The notes under the pieces are model-generated. The model saw only the letters and a program-made list of their open reading frames with translations, did no database searches and was not told the DNA's origin. A stretch of DNA of 64,000 nt from Podarcis gaigeae (lineage: Eukaryota). The stretch's first letter is position 1. Each line of letters begins with the position of its first letter. The stretch is taken from NCBI GenBank assembly GCA_964106915.2, contig OZ066914.1; one strand, written 5' to 3'. The position numbers and the translations under genes are program-made. Positions 1 to 21,150 of the stretch are shown piece by piece.

Positions 1-3000
1 CACAAGCATTGGGCATGCTGGATGCAGTTCCAGATACACTGCCCAGCACAGCTGCCAGGAGGGTGCCAAGGCCCTCAGTACAGAGCCCTCTGTTGCACAA
101 ATGCTGTGGTGGGGGTGGATCCCATAAGGACTTGCTGCACAGCAGATAGCAGCCCACAGAATTCACGCTTGCGGTAACACCCATAGCAGCACCAATGCCA
201 ATGGCACGGGTACTAAGTACTGGCCAGCCCTGTGCACCTGCGGGACAAAGAGATAGAAAAGACGAGAAGTGAAGTCCAGTCATTAAGCCAATGAAAGGGC
301 AAAGTATGGTTAAGCCATTTATTACCTGGGTAAGGCAGCTTGAGCCATGGGGACTGCAGGGTGCTATTGGTGAGGGTTAAGTGGGGTGTGGAAGGATGCA
401 ACACATCCCAAGAGGTTGGAACAGGTCTCAGCATCCCACAGACAAGCCAGATCCCAGAGAAGGGCAGCAGAATCTATAGGAATGCAAGACTGAAAGTGAG
501 AATTTGCCTATCTGCCCCTCTTGCTGTCCCTGGATCCATCTGCATAATGCCAAAGGACACAGGATTAAGCTGTGCCATATTTCTCAGCTCAGGGCTTTAG
601 AAATATTGAAGATTTGGGGAGTGGGAGATAACAGGGGAAGAGGAAAGCGGAGAAGGGAGCCAAGTTTGGCTGTACCGTTAGTTCATTAATTCATACCGAA
701 AAAAAGTGCAGGGCTGGGCTGCCCGATTTTATAGTGAGCCCTCTTGCTTGGCTCCACTGGCAAATGGGCAGTCGACAGGAAGCCAGGTGCTGGGATAGCA
801 AAACGCACAGCAACACAAGCCTAAAAAGAGATCATGAGTGATATTCAGCAAAGCACTGCCCTAGGAATATAGGTTGCTTGGTCCTAACACAGAGAATATG
901 TAAATCCCAAGAGCTGCCATGATAACAGCTCGGCTCCAAGAGGTTTCTCAGTTGAGTAGCTACTCCTTTCCCCAATACTACCCAATATTCTATTTCCAGT
1001 CCCTAATGCAGGCATCCCCAAACTCGGCCCTCCAGCTGTTTTGGGACTACAACTCCCATCATCCCTAGCTAACAGGGACTATGACCGGGGAGCCCAGGGT
1101 TAGAATCCCTATTCACCCATGAAGTTCACTGGGTGACCTTGGACCAGCCACCATCTTTTAGCCTAACCTACCTCACAGGGTTTTTGTGAGGAGAAAATAA
1201 CCATGTACACCACCTTGAGTAGCTTGGAGAAAAAGGTGGTATATAAATGTAATAAATAAATAAAATAAATATTGTTGGGAAAACTCTGGGAATGAACAGT
1301 GTTTTCTGGGATTCTCATCCCAGCACTAATGTTAGAGCAGAAAAAAATATTAAACAAATTACTCCAGAATCTCAAACATTCTACACAGCTCGAGTCACAC
1401 CCGCACCAGACACTTAAAGCACATTGCTTCCCCCAGGGACTCCTGGGAACTGTAGTCTGTTAAAGGTGTTGGGAGCAGTATATCTGTGCAGGGTAAAATG
1501 CACTTCACAGGATTCTTATGGTGCTTTATGGAATGGATGTGACCTTATCCCATAAGGAGGACCTCAACTTTTGAAACCCTATACTTTTTATCATTGGGGA
1601 ATGGCTCCTGAATGGGGTGGGGAGTGAAAGGAGAAGATAGGAAAGTCACCTTTCCTCCACCCCCTTCAGCTGACATGTCTCTGGTTTGAACCTTAGGTTT
1701 TGTGGGATTTAAGACTTTTGGCTTAGATTTGAATTTGAATCTGGCAGTTTTAGTGTGAGAAAGTTGGTGACTGTCTGAATTTCAATTCCAGCCCAATATG
1801 CCTCATTCATTCCCTTCACAACCTCCTTTTGAGAGGGCATGAAGCACAGTTACTGGAGCTGGCTGGTCTTTTGAAGAGAGCTAGCAGTCAGCAATCTGAA
1901 CTTACAGCAGGGCGACTCCCCAGTTTTCAGAGCAGAGAAGAGCAGCAGGTCTGTATGCTGAAAGTCCAATGACAGAAAGGCTTGGGGCCAGAACCATGGG
2001 TCCGCAGCGATGGGTAATCCACCCACAGGCACCTGACATCCCCAATGCCACCTGCACCAGAGCAGAAATCAGCACTGCACCTGAAACCTGGAAGGGGAAA
2101 AACAGGCAGAACAGGGTCAAGTTACAAAACAGGGATGTGGAATTTTAGGACTGGGGGCCAGATGTGGGCCTCCAAGTATCTCTATCTGATGCTCGGGACT
2201 CTTGCCACACCACACACCATCCCTCTCCTCAGGTGACACCCCTCATTGGTCCTTTACCCTTTCCTGGAGTGTTCTTGTCGGGCTGAAAAGTGGTTAGAGT
2301 GATCGACTAGGCCCAGCACCAGGGTTCGAATTCCCACTCAGTCATTAAGCTTACTGGGTGACCTTGGGCCATTTACAGTCTAACTTACCTCACAGGAGAT
2401 AAAAGGGGGAGGGAAAAAATGTACATTCCCTTAAGTTCCTTGGAGGAAAGTGGGCGGGCAGGTGTTAAATGTAAAAATAAACAAATTCTCACAATGCCTC
2501 TTGCTTGCCTTGATGGACAAGAGAGGGTTGTGTGAGTGTGTAGAAACCAGCTGCCTTACAAAGGTAAAATTTGCATTTGTTCCTCTATCCACTTTTGCCT
2601 CTGACTTCACTGACCACTAGCATGTGACCACCCCACCCATAAGGGCATGTGTCCCCCAGGTTGAAACAGGTCCCCCAGCCCTGTTACTATAGGCCTCCAT
2701 TACAGTACATGCTTCCTCGGGGATATTTTTCTTCATGCAGGCAAGGTGGTGTGAGAGGCACAGGCAGAGCTGGTGGGACAGCTATGGTAGGATTGGGAGA
2801 CACCCCAAAGCAATTGAGAGCAGAGTCCAGCAGCATGGTGGTGAATTACTTTCCATCCTTCATGGTGGCAACAGAACATGCCATGTGCTGCCATGACTTT
2901 GGTACACCCACCAAGCTGGTATCTTATGTCCAAAGGGATCCAAGAGACTCTGTCTTCCTGGTGTCTAACCCCAACCCCACCACCACTGATGCCAGCCTCT

Positions 3001-5137
3001 CCGTATTGGGTTTAACCAATCAAAGCTGCCAACCTCATGGAGTAACTGGTCCCAGTTTCTTGAGTTTTCACAATCTGGCCCAGCACATATGTCAGGGGCC
3101 TCAGTGCCTGAAAGGGAAGCAGGGACAGATAAATGAGTTGGGAATACAGTGAAATGAAGAACACAATGAGGAGAAGAGGAAGATCCCAGAATTCAAATTA
3201 GTGTTAAGCAGATTTCATATTTTTAAAAACTGATCTGCAGAAGTCATTGCTTCTGAATGGAATGCTGATGTGAGGGATAAGCAAGGATTCTCGAGGAATA
3301 TGTAGTGGAGGAAAACAAGGATAAAGGGCTGAAACCAGTCACTGGCGTCAAACACTGACAATTGCATCCCTTTGACTACCTACTGTATACAAGGGGATGA
3401 GACTGAAAGGTGTTTTTCCCATTTAGAAAGACAGACAACTGAGGGAGAACATGGCAAAGAATTGTAAAAGAACTGGAGAGGATATGTAGAGAAATTTCTT
3501 TCACACAATACTGGTCACCAACAGACAAAAGGAAGTACTTCATGTAATATACAAGGTTCATGGCTAAATGATGTGGTGGTGGCCACACTGACATGGGGAG
3601 AGGCTTCTAAATCTGTGGAAGCATGGACTTGTCAATGACCGCTAAGCATGACAGTGAAATTAAATCTATAAGATCTGAGGCAGTACACCTTTAATTGTCA
3701 AAAGCTAATGACAAAAAAGCAACAGAGAATAGCTTGTGAGCTTTTCAAGAAGCATGTGATCGACTACTGTTGGACAGGCTGGACTTGACAGCAATTGTTC
3801 TGATCCAGAAAGGCAAATTACACACCTAAGTCTGCCCAATCAAACAAGAGATGGTTGTGCTTATTTTTGGAACATAGGATTCAGCACTAAGACGTGAGTA
3901 TTCACTGTGCAACAAAACAGCAGCCACCGATGGCTGGTTACCATTCTTGCTGGATCCAAAACTCCTCAAAAGAGATGGCATTTGGAAACCTTGCCATCCT
4001 TGCCCTGTGATTGCAGTGTCCTGTGCTGGTGGCTGAGTATTTGGAAGAGGACTGGGTACTTTTGCCTATAACTCACTATTTCCATTTGACTGGAGAATGG
4101 GAGCCACATGTTGGGTCTGTATCATGGCTGGGATAAGGAACTCAAAAGATGGAGCCTGAACCAGCGGCAACCTGCAGGGAAGACAAAGGGGAGATCCTGC
4201 TACAAGGAATGGACAAAGCCTAAGGGAAGGAGCTGCTAACTAGAAGCTGTGTAGAACTAGGCATTTTCCAGAATACTAGTCCCTGCTTAGACTTCTAGTA
4301 ATAGAAGGCCACACCCAACTCCCCAACCAAGAAGGCAGCAAGGCTGTGGGATTCCAATAGGTCAAGGGTTGCCTAGAGCCAGCTTACCTGGTTCCCAATC
4401 CACACTGAAAGGCTGTGGCTATGCCACAGGCAAAAAGATTGCATGCTAGAAGTTCATTCCAACATGGAGTACCATTCAGCATCTTGCCGGGGAGGGTGGC
4501 GATGAAGAAAAAGTGAAAGATGCAGAGAAAAGATACCTGGACCAGGAGATGCTAGGAAGGAACAACAAGTTGGTCTGAGCCATGGCCTTGTGAGCACCTT
4601 CACCCTTCCCTAGAAGATGGCACAACACACTTAAGCCCAATAGTGTGTCTCAGTCACTCCCAAAGCTTCAGATGCTGGCTTTGCTGCCACTCATACATTG
4701 CCACTTTCTTTAATGAGACCCACATCAAAGTACAGTCGCTAACACCAATTTCTGCCCCATCGGCAGTTCCAAACTTCACCTAGTATCTGCAGGTCAGGAT
4801 TTAATGAAAAACAGCCCAAACCCTGGAATCACATTCCTGCATATATTGCATCAGAGATGACCACTGGTTCATCACTGCTCTTTTTTTCACAAGATGCTCC
4901 TCACTTTTTGCAATTCTCCAGAGTTGCAATGTTTGTCTGCATTGCAGCAAACACAACACAGAGCCTTGCGACACCCTTTTTGAGGGATATGTTTCCTCTT
5001 GGGTGTTGTGCTACGCCCGCCCACTCCAAACAACTCACCTGCAAGGCCAACAAGCAGATCAGGAGCCAGGGAGGAAATTTTGGCCCTTTACGAGCATGGG
5101 GAAGGATGCTTTTAGAAGCCCTGTTGACTTTGTTCAT
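1..5137 (-). CDS. SLC23A3: Solute carrier family 23 member 3 (SVCT3, nucleobase/ascorbate transporter family), 5' part; the gene continues beyond the window start
   Basis: Coding exons in transcription order: 5137-5039, 4551-4388, 4171-4077, 3107-3034, 2087-1906, 820-697, 473-326, 237-<1. All are GT-AG with consistent phases. Peptides CLLALQHLLV, RLPLVQAPSFEFLIPA, VSGAVLISALVQ..CGPMVLAPSL, LLSQHLASC, PWLKLPYPG and CNRGLCTEGLG match SLC23A3. The gene neighbours CNPPD1 as in mammals. The start ATG at 5137 is the best candidate but is not certain. Confidence 0.92.
1009..1080. mobile_element. Half of a palindromic hAT-type MITE
   Basis: CAGGCATCCCCAAACTCGGCCCTCCAG..GGGACTACAACTCCCATCATCCC is the same family as the complete copies at 25986 and 28983. 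Confidence 0.6.
1081..1270 (+). mobile_element. tRNA-derived MIR/L2-tail-type SINE fragment
   Basis: B-box-like GGTTAGAATCC, core GGGTGACCTTGG..CCTACCTCACAGGGTT..GTGAGGA and a (TAAA)n tail. A related copy lies at about 2288-2485. Confidence 0.6.
2288..2485 (+). mobile_element. MIR/L2-tail-type SINE, apparently nested in an older hAT-like element (about 2130-2683)
   Basis: AGTGGTTAGAG (A box), GGTTCGAATTCC (B box) and GGGTGACCTTGGGC..CTTACCTCACAGG. Confidence 0.55.
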
Positions 5138-5199
5138 GATGTCTGTCTTTTTCCTTTGTGCTGGAAAGTGACCTAGCAACTGAATATATCTCCAATTCC

Positions 5200-5297
5200 T
5201 CCCCTTCTTTTATTTACACCCTTCACTGGCCATATGCATCTGAACTTCCACCTTTGGCCCTTCCAGGCCACAGTTGCTCAGCCTGTTAGCTATTAAC
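5200..5297 (-). promoter_or_regulatory. Putative SLC23A3 proximal promoter: TATA-like, HNF4-like DR1 and HNF1-like sites
   Basis: On the minus strand, GTTAATAGCTAAC (5297-5285) resembles the HNF1 consensus GTTAATNATTAAC. GGGCCAAAGGTGG (5260-5248) resembles the HNF4 DR1. TAAATAAAAG lies near 5206-5215, about 70 nt upstream of the ATG. Confidence 0.45.
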
Positions 5298-6306
5298 TTG
5301 GCTTGCCCAGTAACTCACCACTAGTGCTGAGAGGTAAAAGGCATGACTGAGCAGGGGTTAAACTACAGCAAGCTGGTTTTATGTGGACCACACCTGACCT
5401 ATTGGACAGTATCAGCAAGGGATAGTGCTGTGGTTGGCCATCTATAACCAAGGGGCAGTGTGCATATGATAAACATGCCTAGGCACTTGTTTATTTGCAT
5501 AAAAGGGACCTATTACATGTTATTATTTCTCAGAGACCATACTTAAAACAATTAAGAGAAAGAACTATCTGGGTGGGAAAGAGCTTAGACTAGTTAGTTT
5601 AAAGCTGGCCTGGGGACATTCTTGGGGCATCATGTGAAGGCACCGAATATTACCACCTTGCAGGTATGTTATGTCAGCATTTGAACTTGTTTACTTAATA
5701 AAATCCTAAAAGAAAAACAAAAGATTACTTTGCTGAAACCAAGTAGGTCTGGTCAGTGTATGGATGAATGACCATCTGGGAACTGCAAGTACACTCTACT
5801 GGGTTCCACAACAGATGAAAGTTAGAATATAAATTTAAGGGAATTGTACAGCCTTTCTAGCACAATTCCTCTTTTCTCAATGCCGGTGGCAAGAATCGGT
5901 GCTCCATCCGTCTTACAGTTCAAAAGCCATTTTGGACAGCTACAAATGCCAGGATTGCTACTGTGTGTGTGTTTGTGTACACACACACAAGCTACGGAGA
6001 CCCCTGCCCGAGTGTACCTGCATAATACATAGCACATGCATTTCTTGCTCACACTTTACATTTTTAGATGGACAATGGAAGCATCTTAGGCATACACCTA
6101 ACACTGTAATGTTTGAAGTGGCTCCAACACTCCGACTCCAACAAGGCTTCAGTTCTCTTTGTATTATTACATTTTAATCTTGGGGTTTTTTTCAAAGAGC
6201 TCAGAGTGACATACAAGGTTCTCCCCATGCACCTCTACCATTTTATTCTCAGAACAATCGTGAGGTGGGTCAGGCTGAGGGATTAGGTCACGGCTACCCA
6301 CCCAGC

Positions 6307-6554
6307 GTCCCTTCGAAAGCACCCCTAAGTGCAAGTAGATAAATAGGGACCGCTTACTAGCGGGAAGGTAAATGGCGTTTCCGTGTGCGGCTCTGGCTCT
6401 GGTTCTGGCCAGAGCAGCGATGTCACGCTGGCCACGTGACCCGGAAGTGTCTCCGGACAGCGCTGGCCCCCGGCCTCTTGAGTGAGATGGGCGCACAACC
6501 CCAGAGTCTGGCAAGACTGGCCCGTACGGGCAGGGGTACCTTTACCTTTACCTT
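6307..6554 (+). mobile_element. Sauria SINE, 5'-truncated, inserted into an older SINE
   Basis: Sauria SINE body (AAGTGCAAGTAGATAAATAGG..GGCCACGTGACCCGGAAGT..) with an (ACCTTT)n tail. The 12-bp TSD TACCCACCCAGC is at 6295-6306 and 6555-6566. Confidence 0.85.
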
Positions 6555-6777
6555 TACCCACCCAGCTCCTCTTTGCAGTCCTGGCTCAACCGCAAGAGCA
6601 CTTCACCCCTTTCCTCAAACATTTCATACACCGTAAAACTTTTGCCAGTTGTGCTCACTGTGACTCTACAGGTTTTTCTGTTTCCAAAGAAAGGGAAGCT
6701 AGTAGGGAACTGGCAGCACTTGGCTTGGGGTTTAGTAAAAAAAGAAAAGGCAAGACAGTTGCACATCAACAGCTATA

Positions 6778-6783
6778 TTTATT
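6778..6783 (-). terminator. Candidate CNPPD1 polyadenylation signal AATAAA
   Basis: AATAAA on the minus strand about 890 nt past the CNPPD1 stop, followed by U-rich sequence. Confidence 0.55.
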
Positions 6784-7672
6784 AGAAGAGATCCCATGTA
6801 CAAGAAATAGTGAAAAAACTACAGCAAAAATGTGCTGGTAGGAACAGGGCGTAAGAAGTGGTTGCCATCCCTCTACCCCCTCCCAGCCCAAGAAATGGAG
6901 AGGACAGTCAAGCACTCACAAGCAGAGATCCCAAAACACTGACCTGACCTGATGGACCATGAGCCTCCCCCTGCAAATCGGTGCCCTTTTCTTCTCAGAC
7001 TTATGTCTAAGAAAACTCCAGGCTAGTCCTGCATGGCTCTTAGAAAGCAAAGGACACTGTCTTCATAAATGAAAGCAAGGTAGGCAGGCACAGGCCAAAG
7101 TAAAATTGTGTGGCAATCACTTGGTGGCCTGAATGTGTAGAATTGCTGGTATTTTTCACCATGATAGGGAGTCACCACAGATGATTACTTCCAAGTGCCC
7201 CTGGCAAATTCCCACACAATAAGAGCCAAGCTAGAGGGTCATTCATGGTGCCCTATACTAGCTCTCCCAAGGTGTGTGAATTCACCCCAAGTTTTACTCA
7301 AAATAGCCAGACAAAAATAGAGTCAGGCCTTTCAGGCAGGTAAATGGCTCAGCTGTAGCAGAAGACTGGTTCCAACAGGCCCAGGCCTCACTGATTCAGT
7401 CCTTCATCCTACCCAGCCTTACACAGCTAAGATGGGATGCATCATTCCAGAAGACTCATTGTGGCCCCTAGGCAAAGTGACCATTTTGGAGGGCAGAGAA
7501 GTCCTGCAGTCAGAAAGGGAAGTTGACATCCAGTGGGGCACAGACTGATAGGTACCTCCTTTCCCACTCTTTCCTGCCTTGTGCCCTACACTTTCCAGAC
7601 ACCCAAAGCATTTCCCATCAAGGTGCCCCCACCCCAGCCCCAAGCCCAAACTACATCCCCTCCCCTGCAGCC

Positions 7673-17658
<9,986 letters not shown>

Positions 17659-19886
17659 CTTGCCGCGCGTGAAAAGGGGCGTCAAGCGAGGCTGCCTCCT
17701 TGCTGCTGCCCCCGTTGGTAGGTAGGCAGGTGCCCGGGTGGGAGCAAGACGCCTCCTCCGCAGATAGCACCGCAAAAGGAAGAAGAAAGGGCTCGGCGCA
17801 GCCTTCCTCTTCCTGGGGCGGGAGAGAAGAGAGGGAGGGAGGGAAGGAGGCGGGCTTTTCTGCGGCCTCCACTTCTAATAAGCCGAGCGCGAGGGAGGGC
17901 GAAAGGGTTGCCCTTAGGATGAGTCACTGCGCGTGTGGCGCCTTCATCATCCCTCCGTCCGGTCCTGCCAACTCAGGTCGCAAGCAGCCGAGATGGACGT
18001 CTCTGGCAGCAAAGGAAACGGGACTTGGCTTTTTTCTTTTTTCTTTGCAGGGTTGGGATCCGCCTGCTGCAACCCAGCAACCCCTCAAACAGAACTGGAG
18101 GGATGGAAGTTTGACGGAAAATAGAAGTACTGGTTGTACATAGGTATACATGCGATACTCGATTTCTCATCGTTGATATACTGGCCGCGAATAAGTGAAC
18201 TGACTCCGTTTCAAAGCTTTGCGTCAGTCACATTGGTAATCAAGGGATGAACACATCTATACGAATTAGTCCTTTGAGCGAGCGTGTCAAGAGGATGGAT
18301 CCTGGCACATCACAATGTTATTTTTTCCTACACCTGTAATAAGAGAGTATTTCTTGTTTTTTAGGCAAGCAAGTCTACCCAGACATGTAACTTTATTTTG
18401 GACATTTATGTTAAAACTGCTGTTTTTATCTGTATTGTGCTAAATGTTATGTCTGTTTGCTTTTAAAGTTTGCTTTTATCAGTACTTTAATATATATTTT
18501 ATATTGTTTTATGTAATCTGCTTAGAGGTTTTTGTTGAAAAAGCAGGATATAAATCTTGTTAAATTGGACCCCATGTGTACCAATTTGATTATTTGTGCT
18601 ACAACTCATAAATTGAAATGGTGGGAGGAATAGAAGATAACGCTTTTGTCCATTGTGATCAATCTGACAGTGCATAGAACATACTGTGGCACGTTTGTGT
18701 TCCGCCATCCTTCTGTCTCCAAAACAGAATCTCCTCATGGTTACCAAGTACTTCCTTTCAGTGGAAGTAAATGATATTTTGTACAGAGGCATTGCAATAG
18801 ATATAGAGATGTCTCACTTTCTCTTCACATCCATCAGACAACAACATATTACGCTAAAAATGATTCTGGCCTTGTATAGGTGAACTAATATCTACTACCA
18901 CCAAGCCATTGGGTGTCTGAAATGCCATAAACTCCGATATGACCAGAGCCACATGTGTATATTAATTTTCTGAAGGCAGTTAATAGCACACTGCACAAAC
19001 AGAAGTGGTGAGAGGGGGATCCCAGGATTTGCTCTTGGTTCCACTTCCCAAAGCACAAGGTTGAAGTTGGTTACTATTACCAATTTCTTATTTCTAGTCC
19101 CTACAAAAATTCAAAACAGCAGCATGAACAGCCTCAATAAAGAACTGAAGTTTATACAATGCCTCTATAATACAAGTAACCACAGCCTGGCAGGCAACCT
19201 GGCAATGAGAATATTACACCCGTAACGATCACACCAGCAGTAGAGGAATTCGGATTTTATTTTTCCAAAAGGGTCTGTTTCTTATTTCTTCAACTGCTCT
19301 GTTAGGCTGTGTTCACAAAACAGTCCTTCAGTTTATTAGATGTACTTCAAGTCACCAGCATTCTTTGTGCTCATTCACATAAAGGAGTATTTAAAAATGA
19401 CTATTACTCATACTTAAATCTAAGCACAACCACGAGGTCTCCTGATTAGCCATTTGGTTTGTGATGTTGAATGTTGCCTGTTAACTCGGTTCTATCCTGT
19501 TTCCCCTTTGTTTAAACCAAATCATGAACCAAGAACTTACACATTCACTGCTAATAATGAACCATATGTTGTAGATATTACTCTACGTTTATTATGCTAT
19601 TTTTGTGATATACAAATGACATGAGAAAACTTGGTATACATTCTTGTTTATAAAACGCAGTAAAAAGTTATTTAAAAAATAAAATAAAAAATGAGTAATT
19701 TAGCACCTAAGCTTTTTAGTTCTCCAGAAATTGTTCATCAGACTAGATGGTAAACAAAGCAGGGGAAAGGGGGGGGAGTTAGGTAAAGCCATGAGTGCAT
19801 CATTCCACCTTAAGCCTTTTGCAAGATACCTTGTGGCTTTGCTACCAGTCTACATTTTCTCCCATCCACCCTGCTGTTTACCATTT

Positions 19887-19924
19887 TGCCTGATGAAGAC
19901 GTCTGGAGAACTCAAAAGCTTGCA
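19887..19924 (+). mobile_element. Degenerate Penelope-type minimal hammerhead motif (retroelement remnant)
   Basis: TGC-CTGATGA-A-GACGTCTGGAGAACTC-AAAAGCTT-GCA. The conserved GAAA appears mutated to AAAA. Confidence 0.45.
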
Positions 19925-20219
19925 TGCCATTTTGTGACATTTTTGTTGCCCTAATTAATATGTTGTGCTAATATAGGTTCTGGAATGCTGCAGTATTGTG
20001 AGGCATGTATTTTATTTTATTTTTTGTGAGAAATGTTTCGTCTTAGCTCCACCTCTACGCTGCGAGCTGTCAGAAGCCACTGTCACTGCCATAGCCCCCA
20101 CCTGCAATATAAGGACAATGGATTGTGTTACTATTGGCAGAGCAATTCTTTAAACCCTTCTTTAAACACACACACAGACATTTTTTCCAAACGAAATAAC
20201 CTGAGTTAAAAAAGAATAC

Positions 20220-21150
20220 GACCCGTCTCTTCTTTGTTGGTTTTTATTTTCTTTTTAGAAGGGAGCGGCGGGCATACTCCGCAGCCCACTCGTAGCTATA
20301 ATTTCTCCATGGTTTTCCAATAGACGGCCTTTTCCTTTTCGCCCTGGAAGCGGAAGGTTGAAACAGCCTCAAAAGAAACCCTAGGATTTCTATTTCTGCA
20401 GGAAGCCGAATAGTAGCGGCTCTCAACTTTTCCTATCTCTATTCTTGAATAGGAGGGACTGAGCGGCTTGCGCATGCGTGTCGCATGAAAACATCCCGCT
20501 TCACGTTCCGAGGCCGATGCACGTGATCGCTGAGTCGCTCTGCCTCGGCGTCTGTATGGCTGCTGCGGCTACTTCCGGCCGCGGCTGTCAGGAGGACTCC
20601 TCGCTCCTCCCCCGCCCCTTCCTGATCGGTGGCTGAAGAGATGGCGAGCGGCGGCGGCGGCGGCGGCGGCAGCTTGGATGTCCCGGCGGCAGAGGCAGGG
20701 GAGCCGGTGCCAGTGCCCGGTGGCTGCGCGGCCGGAGGCGAGGAGGAAGACGAGGAGGAGCAGGAGGTCTTGGCTCTGGCCGTCCACCTGAGGCGGCGCC
20801 TGAGGGGCTGGGAGGCGACGGTGGCCGCCGTGCAGCGGCTGCTGGTCTGGGAGAGGCCGCCCCAGAGCCTGGCCGGGGCCGCCGCGCTTGGAGCTGCTCT
20901 GTGGTGAGAGGAGGCGGAGGCCAGTCCGGGGGGGTAGGGGGGCGCAGGATGGGGCCCCAGGAGGTAGCGCGCGCGCGGGGAGGGGGTGTTGCTCGCGTGC
21001 GTGGCAGCGGCGGCGGTTAGGAACCGCGCGAAGGGGGCTGAAAGTAGAGCCGGCAGGTAGATGGGGTCGTGGATGCTCCTGACGTGGTTTCAGCTGGGCG
21101 GCCGGTTCTCTCTTGGCGAGAGGAAGCAGGCCAGGCTGCAAGAGAGCCCC
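20220..21150 (+). promoter_or_regulatory. CpG island / promoter of RETREG2 with NRF1-like, E-box and ETS motifs
   Basis: TGCGCATGCG at 20469-20478, CACGTGA at 20520-20526 and ACTTCCGG at 20571-20578, within very CpG-rich sequence. Confidence 0.7.

Noticed and set aside
2649-3152. 167-aa plus-strand ORF
   Set aside because: It is antisense to the SLC23A3 exon 3034-3107 plus repeat-like DNA, has a non-ATG start and shows no homology I recognise.
18499-18792. 97-aa minus-strand ORF between the CNPPD1 and RETREG2 promoters
   Set aside because: No splice or promoter support. At most it is a decayed LINE C-terminal remnant.
20569-21141. 190-aa minus-strand ORF
   Set aside because: Stop-poor antisense frame of the GC-rich RETREG2 exon 1.
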